From the NCBI GenBank assembly GCA_964434905.1, contig CAYSXM010000001.1, positions 1-28,446 of the forward strand: a stretch of 28,446 nucleotides of DNA, given 5' to 3'. Below, one piece after another: positions 7,210 through 15,768 of the stretch. A program made the translations under genes and the position numbers. The DNA is from an uncultured Pirellulales bacterium. Its GTDB lineage: Bacteria > Planctomycetota > Planctomycetia > Pirellulales > CAYNRE01. The notes below the pieces were generated by a model that did no database searches, was not told the origin of the DNA, and was given only the letters and a program-made list of their open reading frames with translations. Numbering within the stretch: the first letter of the stretch is position 1; each line of letters starts with the position of its first letter.

Positions 7210-10200
7210 ATGGCCGGCGCTGGCTGGACCCGCCGTGTGATGGTTATTTCCGCCTGCCTGTGTGCAGCCGCGGTGGCACGCGCGCAAAGCGCCCCAGAGG
7301 AGCTGCCGCCGCCCGTTCCGCGGCAGGTGGCCGAAGACGCAACCCAGGTGGTCGACGTGCAGATTCAGGGGCACCGGGAAACTCCGCTGGCGCGCATCAG
7401 CCCCCATATTCGCACGCGTGCCGGTCGCCCCTTCGACCCCGAGATTGTCGAGGAAGATGTCCGCCGGCTCATTCGTTCGCGGCAGTTCATCGACGTGCGC
7501 CCGCACACCCAGCAGGTGCCCGGGGGCGTGGTGGTGGTGTTCCAAGTGGTCGAGCGGCGCACCATTCGCTATGTGCGGTATGTCGGTCGGGTGAAGGTCC
7601 GCCGAGAAAAAGCCCTCGCCGATAAGACCACGCTCAAGGTGGGCGATGCGCTGGACCCCTTTGCGGTGGAAGAGGGTCGCCGCAAGCTGGAAGAGTTTTA
7701 TCAGGAACGCGGCCACGGCAAGATCCGCGTGGCGGTGCTCGAAGGTGACAAACCCGACGACCGGGGCGTGATCTATCTGATTCACGAAGGCCCCCGGCAG
7801 CGCGTCTCCCAAGTGTCGTTTGTCGGCAATAGCGATATCGTCAGTGGACGCCGGTTGCAAACGCAAATCCAAACCCGCAAACCCTATGTGTGGTTGTTCA
7901 AGGGTTATGTCGACCGGGCCAAGATCGACGAGGACCAGGATCGGCTCACCGCCTACTACCGCAGCCTGGGTTTTTTCCAGGCGAAAATCGGCCGCGAGCT
8001 CGAGTGGGACGATGACAGCGACCGGTTGCACGTGACCTTCGTGATCAGCGAGGGCCCGCGCTACCAGTTGCGCGACGTGCGATTCCTGGGTCACACCAAA
8101 TTTCAGGAGGCCGAGCTGCGCGAAAAGCTCGAACTCACGGCGGGCGAGTTCTTTGATCAGGCCACGATGGACCAGGACGTTCGCAACATTCAAGACGTGT
8201 ACGGCGGCGCCGGCTATGTGTTTGCCAACGTCGTGGCGGAACCGCGATTCCTGGAAGAACCCGGCCAGCTCGACCTGGTGTACCGGGTGGAAGAGGGGTC
8301 GCGGCACCGCATTGGCACGATTACCGTGAAGATCACGGGCGAACACCCGCACACCAAGCAAACGGCGGTGCTCAACCGGTTGTCGCTCTACCCTGGCGAT
8401 ATCGCCGACATTCGCGAGCTGCGTTCCAGCGAGTTGCGGCTCAAGCGGTCGAGCATCTTCATGAACAACCCGGCGCAAGGGTCGGCGCCGCGGATCGTGT
8501 TTAGCGAACCAGAAACGGATGTGGAAAACCTGGCTGAACGCCCCACGCAGGACGGGGTGCGTGGTCAAAGCCCCGATCAGCCGCACGTGGTCCGCCGCCC
8601 GCCGGCCGGGGGATCGGGCGAGGGGGCCGACGTCCGGCCGCTCGATGTGGCGATTGTCGAGGAAGCCGAGCTCGAACAACTCAACGCGCCAGGCGCTGCG
8701 CGCCGCTGGAAGACTTTGGCACGCGGGTTGACGACCCTGCCGGCCGCGGTGTGGTCGTGGCGCGAGTCGCTATTCCCCAGGGGCGTGGCGCCGGGCGCTG
8801 TGCCTGGCGCGCCGGCTCCTTCAGCGACGAATCCCCAAGCTACTGCGCCGGCCGCCGGAGCCAGATCGTCGAACCCTCCGGCGCCTGCGGTGGCGAGGCC
8901 GGTGGTGGTGCGCGGCCAAGATGGCTGGTCCCCCTTCGGTGGCGCGGAAATGCCTAGCCCCTCGACAACCAACCGTGGAGTTTTTGGGCGACGCAGCCCG
9001 CCTGTCGCGTCGCCTGGCAGCGTGGCGCGGCGCGTGCCGCAATACACGGCACAGGTTCCCCCACCGTCGACCGATCCGCAACCGCCTCCATTGGTGCCGC
9101 TGGGTGCGCCGAACTCCGTTGGCGCTGCGCCGCAGGGCTATGCTCCGCCTGGTGGTTATGTGCCACAACCAACCTCTGGGGCCTCCGCTCCGTACACGTC
9201 GCCCTATTCGACTGCCGCGCCGCCGGCACCGTTTGCGCCGCCATCGACGAATCCTGCAGGCAGTGTTTATGCGCAGGTGCCCACCGGCGGCCTGCCGGCG
9301 CCGAACTATGCACCACCCTCGCAGGGCGCGCCGCCCATCGGCTATGCCGCGCCCGGCGGCGTGGGGGCACTGCCAGCCTCTGGCGCGTCTGCGAACCCGG
9401 GCATGGCGCCGCCGAGCGGTTACGACAATCCGGGAGAACTTTTTCCCGAGGGAGGCTACCTGAACGCTGCCGAGGAACCGACCCAGGACGTGCCGGTGGT
9501 GGTGGAGGTGGAAGAGACGCAGACCGGTCGGATCATGCTCGGAGCGGGTGTGAACTCGAATGCGGGTTTGGTCGGCAATTTTATTGTCGACGAGCAGAAC
9601 TTCGACATCAGTCGCTGGCCTGGCAGTTGGGCTGAACTGCGCGACGGGGTGGCGTTCCGCGGCGCGGGCCAGCAGTTTCGCCTGGAGGCGGTGCCGGGGA
9701 CGCAGTTCCAGCGCTATTCGGCCGTGTTCCGCGAGCCCTATCTGTTCAACACCCCGATCAGCTTTGCTCTGAGCGGGCACTTTTTCAATCGCCGTTATCG
9801 CGATTGGGACGAAGAGCGTTTGGGGGGCCAGTTGACCTGGGGATATCAGATACGGCCGGACCTTTCGGGCACGATCGGGCTGCGCGCGGAAAACGTCAAT
9901 CTGAGCAATCCGCGTACGCCTGCTCCGTTGGCGGTGACGCGCGCGCTAGGCAACAACGGGCTATACACCGCGCGGTTTGGGCTAGTGCAAGACACGCGAG
10001 ACAGCGCGTTCATGCCCACCGAGGGGCATCGCATCGACTTGGGCTATGAGCAGGCGTTTGGCGAGTTCTTGTTTCCCAAGATCGAACTCGACTTGCGCAA
10101 GCACTTCTTGATCCGCCAGCGGGCCGACGGATCGGGTCGCCACACGATCACGTTGTCGAGCACCACCAATGTCGGCCTCAGCACCTTGCCGGTGTTCGAG

Positions 10201-10557
10201 AACTATTTTGCCGGTGGTTTCTCCACGATTCGCGGTTACTCGTTCCGCGGTGCCTCGCCGCGCGATCTGGGGGTGATTGTCGGCGGTCGGTTCATGTTCC
10301 TGGCCTCGGCCGAATATATGTTCCCCATCACCGCCGACGACATGTTGCGGGGGGTGATCTTCTGCGACACCGGTACCGTGGAAACCGATGTGAAAATTCG
10401 CAGCGAGAACTTCCGTGTGGCGCCGGGTTTTGGCCTGCGGATTACCATCCCCGCCATGGGCCCGGCGCCGATCGCGCTCGACTTCGCCTTCCCCGTGCTG
10501 AACGCACCGGGCGACGCGATCCAGAACTTCAGCTTCTTCGTGGGCTTCAATCGGTAG
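7210..10557 (+). CDS. bamA: Outer membrane protein assembly factor BamA/Omp85 (5 POTRA domains + beta-barrel) with a large low-complexity insertion
   Basis: Five POTRA-like units ending ...VVER / IHEG / ISEG / VEEG. Barrel begins EETQTGRIMLGAGV; FREPYLF; loop-6 motif IRGY; C-terminal strand NFSFFVGFNR. Start moved to ATG 7210 (signal-peptide-like, AVARA-Q). Confidence 0.9.
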   Translation: MAGAGWTRRVMVISACLCAAAVARAQSAPEELPPPVPRQVAEDATQVVDVQIQGHRETPLARISPHIRTRAGRPFDPEIVEEDVRRLIRSRQFIDVRPHTQQVPGGVVVVFQVVERRTIRYVRYVGRVKVRREKALADKTTLKVGDALDPFAVEEGRRKLEEFYQERGHGKIRVAVLEGDKPDDRGVIYLIHEGPRQRVSQVSFVGNSDIVSGRRLQTQIQTRKPYVWLFKGYVDRAKIDEDQDRLTAYYRSLGFFQAKIGRELEWDDDSDRLHVTFVISEGPRYQLRDVRFLGHTKFQEAELREKLELTAGEFFDQATMDQDVRNIQDVYGGAGYVFANVVAEPRFLEEPGQLDLVYRVEEGSRHRIGTITVKITGEHPHTKQTAVLNRLSLYPGDIADIRELRSSELRLKRSSIFMNNPAQGSAPRIVFSEPETDVENLAERPTQDGVRGQSPDQPHVVRRPPAGGSGEGADVRPLDVAIVEEAELEQLNAPGAARRWKTLARGLTTLPAAVWSWRESLFPRGVAPGAVPGAPAPSATNPQATAPAAGARSSNPPAPAVARPVVVRGQDGWSPFGGAEMPSPSTTNRGVFGRRSPPVASPGSVARRVPQYTAQVPPPSTDPQPPPLVPLGAPNSVGAAPQGYAPPGGYVPQPTSGASAPYTSPYSTAAPPAPFAPPSTNPAGSVYAQVPTGGLPAPNYAPPSQGAPPIGYAAPGGVGALPASGASANPGMAPPSGYDNPGELFPEGGYLNAAEEPTQDVPVVVEVEETQTGRIMLGAGVNSNAGLVGNFIVDEQNFDISRWPGSWAELRDGVAFRGAGQQFRLEAVPGTQFQRYSAVFREPYLFNTPISFALSGHFFNRRYRDWDEERLGGQLTWGYQIRPDLSGTIGLRAENVNLSNPRTPAPLAVTRALGNNGLYTARFGLVQDTRDSAFMPTEGHRIDLGYEQAFGEFLFPKIELDLRKHFLIRQRADGSGRHTITLSSTTNVGLSTLPVFENYFAGGFSTIRGYSFRGASPRDLGVIVGGRFMFLASAEYMFPITADDMLRGVIFCDTGTVETDVKIRSENFRVAPGFGLRITIPAMGPAPIALDFAFPVLNAPGDAIQNFSFFVGFNR

Positions 10558-10663
10558 TCCACCGCGCGGAACCAGCGCCGACCTGAGTGTGTGGGGCGGC
10601 TTCACCGCGGTTTCTCGCGGTTTCAGTGCGGCTGCGCGACCTGCCCCCCCGCGCAAGATCGGA

Positions 10664-10693
10664 TTGACCCCCAACGCGCTGGTCGGCTATACC
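10664..10693 (+). promoter_or_regulatory. Candidate sigma70-type promoter for the wzm-wzt operon
   Basis: TTGACC (10664-10669) - 18 bp - TATACC (10688-10693), in the 309-bp gap after bamA. Confidence 0.4.
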
Positions 10694-10866
10694 ATCTGCC
10701 CGGGTCGGTCCGTGAGCCAGGAGGGCGTGCGGTGTTGGCCCGGGGCCAGGTGGCCCGGGCAGGGCCTGCCTGTGGTCCTCATGCATTCCGAGTCTGGTTG
10801 CATCGACGACGGGTTCGCCAACTCCCTGGCGCCCTGACACTCGCCGCAAGGAAGAGGCGCTCTGGG

Positions 10867-11649
10867 ATGGGTAGCTACTTGGCCAGCGTGTGGCGCTGCC
10901 GATATTTTTGGCTTTCGCTGGCACGGCTCGATCTGATGAATCGATACCGTCGCAGCATGCTGGGTATCGGATGGTCGCTGTTGAACCCCGTGGCCATGGC
11001 CTTGGTGCTGTGCGTGGTGTTCAACAAATTGTTTCAACTCGACGCGCGCGATTTCTGGTTGTTTCTGCTAGCCGGGCTGAGCTTTTGGAATTTCATAGCC
11101 GGCAGCGTCATGCAGGGTTGCCAGGCGTTTCGCATGGGCGAATCGTACATTCGCCAGCACCGCACGCCGCTGGCGATCTACCCCCTGCGAACGGTGTTGT
11201 CGGGCTCGTTCCATTTGATACTGGCGCTCTTGGTCGTGGCGGTGATCAGCACCATTCTGCACGGCGGCGCCGACCCGACCGCGTGGGTCAGCCTGGTGCC
11301 GGCGCTGGGGCTGATCTTGGTCTTGGCGTGGTCGCTGGCGGTGGTGGCGGGGTTGGCCACGGTTTATTTTCCCGATGTGCAACACCTGAGCGAGATTGGG
11401 TTGTCAATCTTGTTTTACGCCACGCCGATTATTTACCCCACCACCTTGCTGCGCGAGCGCGGCCTGGGCTGGCTGGTCGATTACAACCCGCTGGCGTCGT
11501 TCGCCGACCTGGTGCGGCAGCCGCTGCTGGCAGGTGAAATCGCCTCGGGCGCGGCCTTTGCTACGGCCACGGTCACAGCCGGCGTGGCGGCCCTGGCGGC
11601 CGGTTGGCTGCTTTCGCGGTTTGAACATCGGCTAGTTTTCCACCTCTGA
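10867..11649 (+). CDS. wzm: ABC-2 polysaccharide export permease (Wzm/RfbA-like)
   Basis: DL..RYRRS.LG..WSLLNP signature, about 6 hydrophobic helices, YATPIIYP, NPL; directly followed by the ATPase. Start set at ATG 10867. Confidence 0.9.
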   Translation: MGSYLASVWRCRYFWLSLARLDLMNRYRRSMLGIGWSLLNPVAMALVLCVVFNKLFQLDARDFWLFLLAGLSFWNFIAGSVMQGCQAFRMGESYIRQHRTPLAIYPLRTVLSGSFHLILALLVVAVISTILHGGADPTAWVSLVPALGLILVLAWSLAVVAGLATVYFPDVQHLSEIGLSILFYATPIIYPTTLLRERGLGWLVDYNPLASFADLVRQPLLAGEIASGAAFATATVTAGVAALAAGWLLSRFEHRLVFHL

Positions 11650-11674
11650 TGTCGCACCCGGGGCAAACCTGGCC

Positions 11675-12433
11675 ATGGCCCATATTCATCTTGATCACGT
11701 CGGTCTGACGTTCCGGGTCCGCAAGGCGGGCCGGGTCAGCCTCAAGGAATTCCTGTTGCGGCGGCTGTTTCGACCCACTGTCAATCCGGTGGTCGAAGTT
11801 CCCGCACTGCGCGACGTCTCGCTCGATTTTCGCGAAGGCGACCGCGTGGGGGTAATCGGCCACAACGGGGCGGGTAAGAGCACCCTGCTCAAGGTGCTGG
11901 CCGGCGTTTATCCGCCGAGTGCCGGCAAGTTGTACGTTACCGGGCGAGTCAGTTCGCTGTTCGACATCTCGCTCGGCTTCGAGCCCGAGGCCGACGGCTG
12001 GACGAACATCAAGCTGCGCGGCTATTTGCAAGGCGAAACACCGCAATCACTCCGCGCCAAGACCCAGTCCATCGCCGAGTTCAGCGAACTGGGCGAATTC
12101 ATGGACCTGCCCGTGCGGTTCTATTCGGCGGGCATGTTGGTACGGCTGGCGTTTTCGATCGCCACGGCCATCGAACCCGAGATCCTGCTCGTCGACGAGG
12201 CTCTGGGGGCCGGCGACATCGCTTTTCAAGAAAAAGCCCGCGAACGGATCCGGCAGATGGTCGAACGCGCCAAGATCGTGGTGGTGGTGAGCCACGACCT
12301 GGATACCCTGGTGCGGCTGACCGATCGTGTGGTCTGGCTAGACCACGGGCGGGTGCGGTTGGTGGGCGCCCCGCGCGACATTGTGGAGGCTTACCGCCGA
12401 CACATGCAGTCGGACGTGGCCCGCGCCGCGTGA
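11675..12433 (+). CDS. wzt: ABC polysaccharide export ATP-binding protein (Wzt/RfbB-like), ATPase domain only
   Basis: Walker A GHNGAGKS, signature FYSAGMLVRLAF, Walker B ILLVDE, H-loop VSHD; 252 aa. Confidence 0.92.
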   Translation: MAHIHLDHVGLTFRVRKAGRVSLKEFLLRRLFRPTVNPVVEVPALRDVSLDFREGDRVGVIGHNGAGKSTLLKVLAGVYPPSAGKLYVTGRVSSLFDISLGFEPEADGWTNIKLRGYLQGETPQSLRAKTQSIAEFSELGEFMDLPVRFYSAGMLVRLAFSIATAIEPEILLVDEALGAGDIAFQEKARERIRQMVERAKIVVVVSHDLDTLVRLTDRVVWLDHGRVRLVGAPRDIVEAYRRHMQSDVARAA

Positions 12434-12690
12434 TCGCGGCGCATGGCGCAGCGCACCGGCCATCTGGCACGGCCTGGCGCCAGCAGTGCTAGCAGTACGT
12501 TGACGAATTCGACGGGCTGCTGGCAGTACACACCGGGCGCGGTCGGGCAGTCGTTCGGCCATGGGTTCGCGCTGGCGCGTGCGTCGCACGGAATCCGGTC
12601 TTGGCCCAGGCTACCTGGTTCGGCTAACCTGCCCGACTCGGCCCCGCGACAGGGAGCCGTGGCCAAGTGGTTCGCAGCCCGAGGCGCACG

Positions 12691-13893
12691 ATGCGCATCT
12701 TGTTCGATGGCCTGCCGTTGCGTGGGCAAGTAACCGGCGTCGGCCACTATGGCCGGCAGCTCCTGGCAGCGCTTTCGCGCCACTGCGCCGTCGAGCGCGT
12801 GGGTGTGTTCGATGGTTGGCGCGTCGACAGTGCCGCTAGTTTCTTGGCATCATTGGAAACCGCACGCCCCGAAAACACTTGGCGCCGACAACTGGCCCGC
12901 GTGCGTTGGAACCTGCCGCTAGGTCGCCAGGTAGCTCAGCCGTGGCGTTCTTGGCGTTTGGCGCGGCAAGCGCGCCATGCCGAGTGGTCGCTGTTTCACG
13001 AACCCAACTACGTGGCGCCCCGCTTCGCGGGTCCGGTGGTGACCACCGTGCACGACATGGCGTTCTTGCGCTACCCGCAGTTTCTGCCGCGTGATCGCCG
13101 GCGGTTCTTGACCGCGGCGATTCGACCGGCGCTGGAACGATCTGCGGCGATACTGGCCGATAGCCAATTCACCCGCGACGAACTTCTGGAGTTGTGTCCG
13201 TGGGTGGAATCCCAGCGCGTGGTGGTGGCGCACCTGGGAGTCGATCGCGAGGCGTTTCGGCCGGAGGCAGATTGCCAGGCCGACCGGGAACGGTTGCGCC
13301 CTTGGGGTTTACCCGAGCAGTTCCTGTTGTACTTGGGTACGCTCGAACCGCGCAAGAATTTGCAAGGCTTGCTGGCGGCCTATGCGCAGTTGCCGGACCG
13401 CCTTCAGCGTGCCTTTCCATTGTTGCTGGCGGGCATGCGGGGCTGGAACGAATCGTATTTTCGCGGACCGCTGCGGGCCTTGGAGCAGGCGGGGCGGATT
13501 CGGCGCTTGGGATATGTGCCCCAGGCCGTGGTGCCGGCGCTGTTGCGGTCGGCCACGTTGTTTTGTTTTCCCAGCCTGTACGAGGGCTTTGGCTTGCCTC
13601 CGCTGGAAGCCATGGCCGCGGGAACCCCGGTGCTGGCGGCCAGCGCGGCCTCGCTTCCCGAGGTGCTGGGGCAGGCCGCGCTGTGGGTCGATCCGCACTC
13701 GCCCCAGGATATCGCGCGCGGTCTACACGATCTGCTAGAGGACGAGCATCTGCGTGCCGCCTATGCGCGACGGGGCTTGGCCCATGTCGGACAATTCACT
13801 TGGGATCGCACAGCCGAGGCCACGGTCTCGGCCTATCGACGCGTGTTGTGGGAGCGAGCCAGCGGTCGACCGATGGCGCGGCAGGCCGCGTAG
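12691..13893 (+). CDS. GT4 (GT-B fold) glycosyltransferase
   Basis: [46 protein letters not shown] (EX7E), FTW..TA. Start moved to ATG 12691. Confidence 0.92.
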   Translation: MRILFDGLPLRGQVTGVGHYGRQLLAALSRHCAVERVGVFDGWRVDSAASFLASLETARPENTWRRQLARVRWNLPLGRQVAQPWRSWRLARQARHAEWSLFHEPNYVAPRFAGPVVTTVHDMAFLRYPQFLPRDRRRFLTAAIRPALERSAAILADSQFTRDELLELCPWVESQRVVVAHLGVDREAFRPEADCQADRERLRPWGLPEQFLLYLGTLEPRKNLQGLLAAYAQLPDRLQRAFPLLLAGMRGWNESYFRGPLRALEQAGRIRRLGYVPQAVVPALLRSATLFCFPSLYEGFGLPPLEAMAAGTPVLAASAASLPEVLGQAALWVDPHSPQDIARGLHDLLEDEHLRAAYARRGLAHVGQFTWDRTAEATVSAYRRVLWERASGRPMARQAA

Positions 13894-13945
13894 TGCAACC
13901 GCGCGCGCCAGGCGCGCGGTGGAGCGTGGCCGAGGGGGAATCTGC

Positions 13946-15619
13946 GTGACCAAAACTAGCCAGCCACGAACTGTCGCGGCTTTGCCTGCCGCGTGGGCCA
14001 GTGACCCACGCTGGTTGTCGGTGGCGCTGCTGTTGACCATGGGGATCGAGGCGGTGTTGCTTACCGCATCGCCGATCGTGGCGCGCGATGGTCTGGGGTT
14101 TATCGAATATGCGCGCCAATTGTCTATGGAACCGCTCCGCGCGGTGCGCACGCACGACCAGCACCCTGGCTATCCGGCGCTGGTCTGGGGTGCCGAGCGC
14201 GCGCTGGCCTGGTGCGGCGCGGCGGAAGACACCGAAACCTGGACCGCCGCGGCCCGCCTGACTTCGGCCGTGGCAGGGGTTGTTTGCGTGGCGTTGCTGT
14301 GGTGGCTGGCCCGGGAGCTGCATGGGGTCGAGGTGGCCAACGCCGCGGCGCTCGTGGCCGCGGTGTTGCCTGTGTTGCGACAGAACGCCGCGGATGCACT
14401 CTCGGACATGCCCCATTTGGCCTGCTACCTGGGTGCCACCGCGGTAGGGTTGTGGGGGCTGCGCCACGCGCGGCTGAGTGCCTTGGCAAGCGCCGGAGCG
14501 CTGTCGGGCGCGGCGTATTGGATTCGCCCCGAAGGCCTGAGCGTGGCCGCCGTGCTCATGGTTTGGTTGGCCATGGCACGAATGGCCGAGACGGCCTGCA
14601 ATTGGCACTGGCGCAGCCGCGCCGTGTTGGTGGTCGGCCTGGGCGCGGCCCTGGTGGCGGCGCCCAACATGCTACTTACCGCCCGCGTGACCGGAAAACT
14701 GGCCAACAAGGCGCTGTGGGCCAGCACGGCGACACCGACCGGGCCCTTGGCCGCAGAGGTGGCGAGCGCCGCGACACCACGGCGCGTGGCCGCCGGGCCC
14801 GACTACGCGCACGAGCGGCGCGAATCGGAGCGACGCGAGTTCTTGGATCGCTCGCGCCTCAAGTTGGCGGCGGGTGCGGTGACGGAACTGGCCACCGAAT
14901 GGACCAAGGCGCTGCAGTATGTCTTGATTTGGCCGCTGGCCGTTGGGTGGGCTCGGCTACGCCGCGCGTCGCCGCGGGGCGTTGGCGCGGGTCTGGTAAC
15001 CGCACTGATGGCCTGGCAAGGCGCGCTACTCCTGGCGCTATACTTCGTGGGGGGCTACATCAGCCATCGACACGTGATGCCCATCGTGGTCTTGTGTCTG
15101 CCGGCGGTGGCAGTAGGGGGGGGCGATGTGGCGAGGCGCATCCAGACCACGGCCTGGGGCGCGCGCTACCCGCGCTGGGCAGCGGCCGCGGTGGCGGCGG
15201 GCCTATTGGCGTTGTGCCTGCCGCGCGGTTTGCGCCCGATCAACGCGGCGTTTCGGCCCTTGCACGAAGCCGGCATTTATGTGCGCACCCACGCGGCGCC
15301 CGGCGATCGCGTGCTGACCAACGTGCCGCATGCGCTGTTCTATTCCGGGCAGCCGGGCCTGGTGCTGGTGAAAGATGGCGTTTACGACGTGGCCACGGCG
15401 CTGGATCTAGCCCGCGACAAGCCGTACGCCTTCGTGGTGTTGGATGTGGGCGATCCGCTGCACTTTGACCAGAGCTGGCTGGCCCCACTCCAGGTGGACT
15501 ATGAGCGGGTACACGACAGCAACACCGCAGCGGTGAAAACGCACCACCACGTGGCGGTGTTTCGCCGGCGCGGCCTGGCCCAGGTGGCCACCCGGCCAGA
15601 AGCACCGCCGCCGCGCTAG
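13946..15619 (+). CDS. Polytopic GT-C fold glycosyltransferase (GT39/ArnT/PMT-like)
   Basis: First helix followed by an acidic loop (ARDG..F), HPGYP, about 11 hydrophobic segments, LSDMPH, YWIRPEG, soluble C-terminal domain. GTG 13946 with purine-rich SD (gaggggg). Confidence 0.65.
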   Translation: MTKTSQPRTVAALPAAWASDPRWLSVALLLTMGIEAVLLTASPIVARDGLGFIEYARQLSMEPLRAVRTHDQHPGYPALVWGAERALAWCGAAEDTETWTAAARLTSAVAGVVCVALLWWLARELHGVEVANAAALVAAVLPVLRQNAADALSDMPHLACYLGATAVGLWGLRHARLSALASAGALSGAAYWIRPEGLSVAAVLMVWLAMARMAETACNWHWRSRAVLVVGLGAALVAAPNMLLTARVTGKLANKALWASTATPTGPLAAEVASAATPRRVAAGPDYAHERRESERREFLDRSRLKLAAGAVTELATEWTKALQYVLIWPLAVGWARLRRASPRGVGAGLVTALMAWQGALLLALYFVGGYISHRHVMPIVVLCLPAVAVGGGDVARRIQTTAWGARYPRWAAAAVAAGLLALCLPRGLRPINAAFRPLHEAGIYVRTHAAPGDRVLTNVPHALFYSGQPGLVLVKDGVYDVATALDLARDKPYAFVVLDVGDPLHFDQSWLAPLQVDYERVHDSNTAAVKTHHHVAVFRRRGLAQVATRPEAPPPR

Positions 15620-15733
15620 CAGCCTGTTGATTCATTCGACAGGCTGCGACGTCGCATGGATGCGATGACAGAATCGCGACGTTTGTCGTGATTCTGCGAG
15701 CCGTGCGGAGTGGCTCTCCGCACTTGGCGAGGT

Positions 15734-15760
15734 TGAAAAATGCCACGACGGCATTTTTCA
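15734..15760. terminator. Bidirectional intrinsic terminator between convergent genes
   Basis: tgaaaaatgcc-acgac-ggcatttttca: perfect 11-bp inverted repeat giving a short GC core plus a T run on either strand; 8 bp past the stop of the minus-strand gene (15769). Confidence 0.75.
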
Positions 15761-15768
15761 TCGGGCTG

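Noticed and set aside
6973-8679. 568-aa minus-strand ORF
   Set aside because: Antisense shadow of the bamA POTRA region; no family motifs.
7026-10650. C8 (7026-7033) and C7 (10644-10650) runs upstream of bamA and wzm as further phase-variable tracts
   Set aside because: C7 runs also occur inside ordinary coding sequence here, so these lengths are unremarkable.
12653-12672. tRNA-like 5' end GGAGCCG-TGGCCAAGTGGT
   Set aside because: No closing D-stem, anticodon arm, T-loop or complementary acceptor strand downstream; it runs into the GT4 start.
15619-15760. Hairpin cluster as a CRISPR or REP array
   Set aside because: The stems share no sequence, there is no repeat-spacer periodicity, and no cas or REP-associated transposase gene is present.
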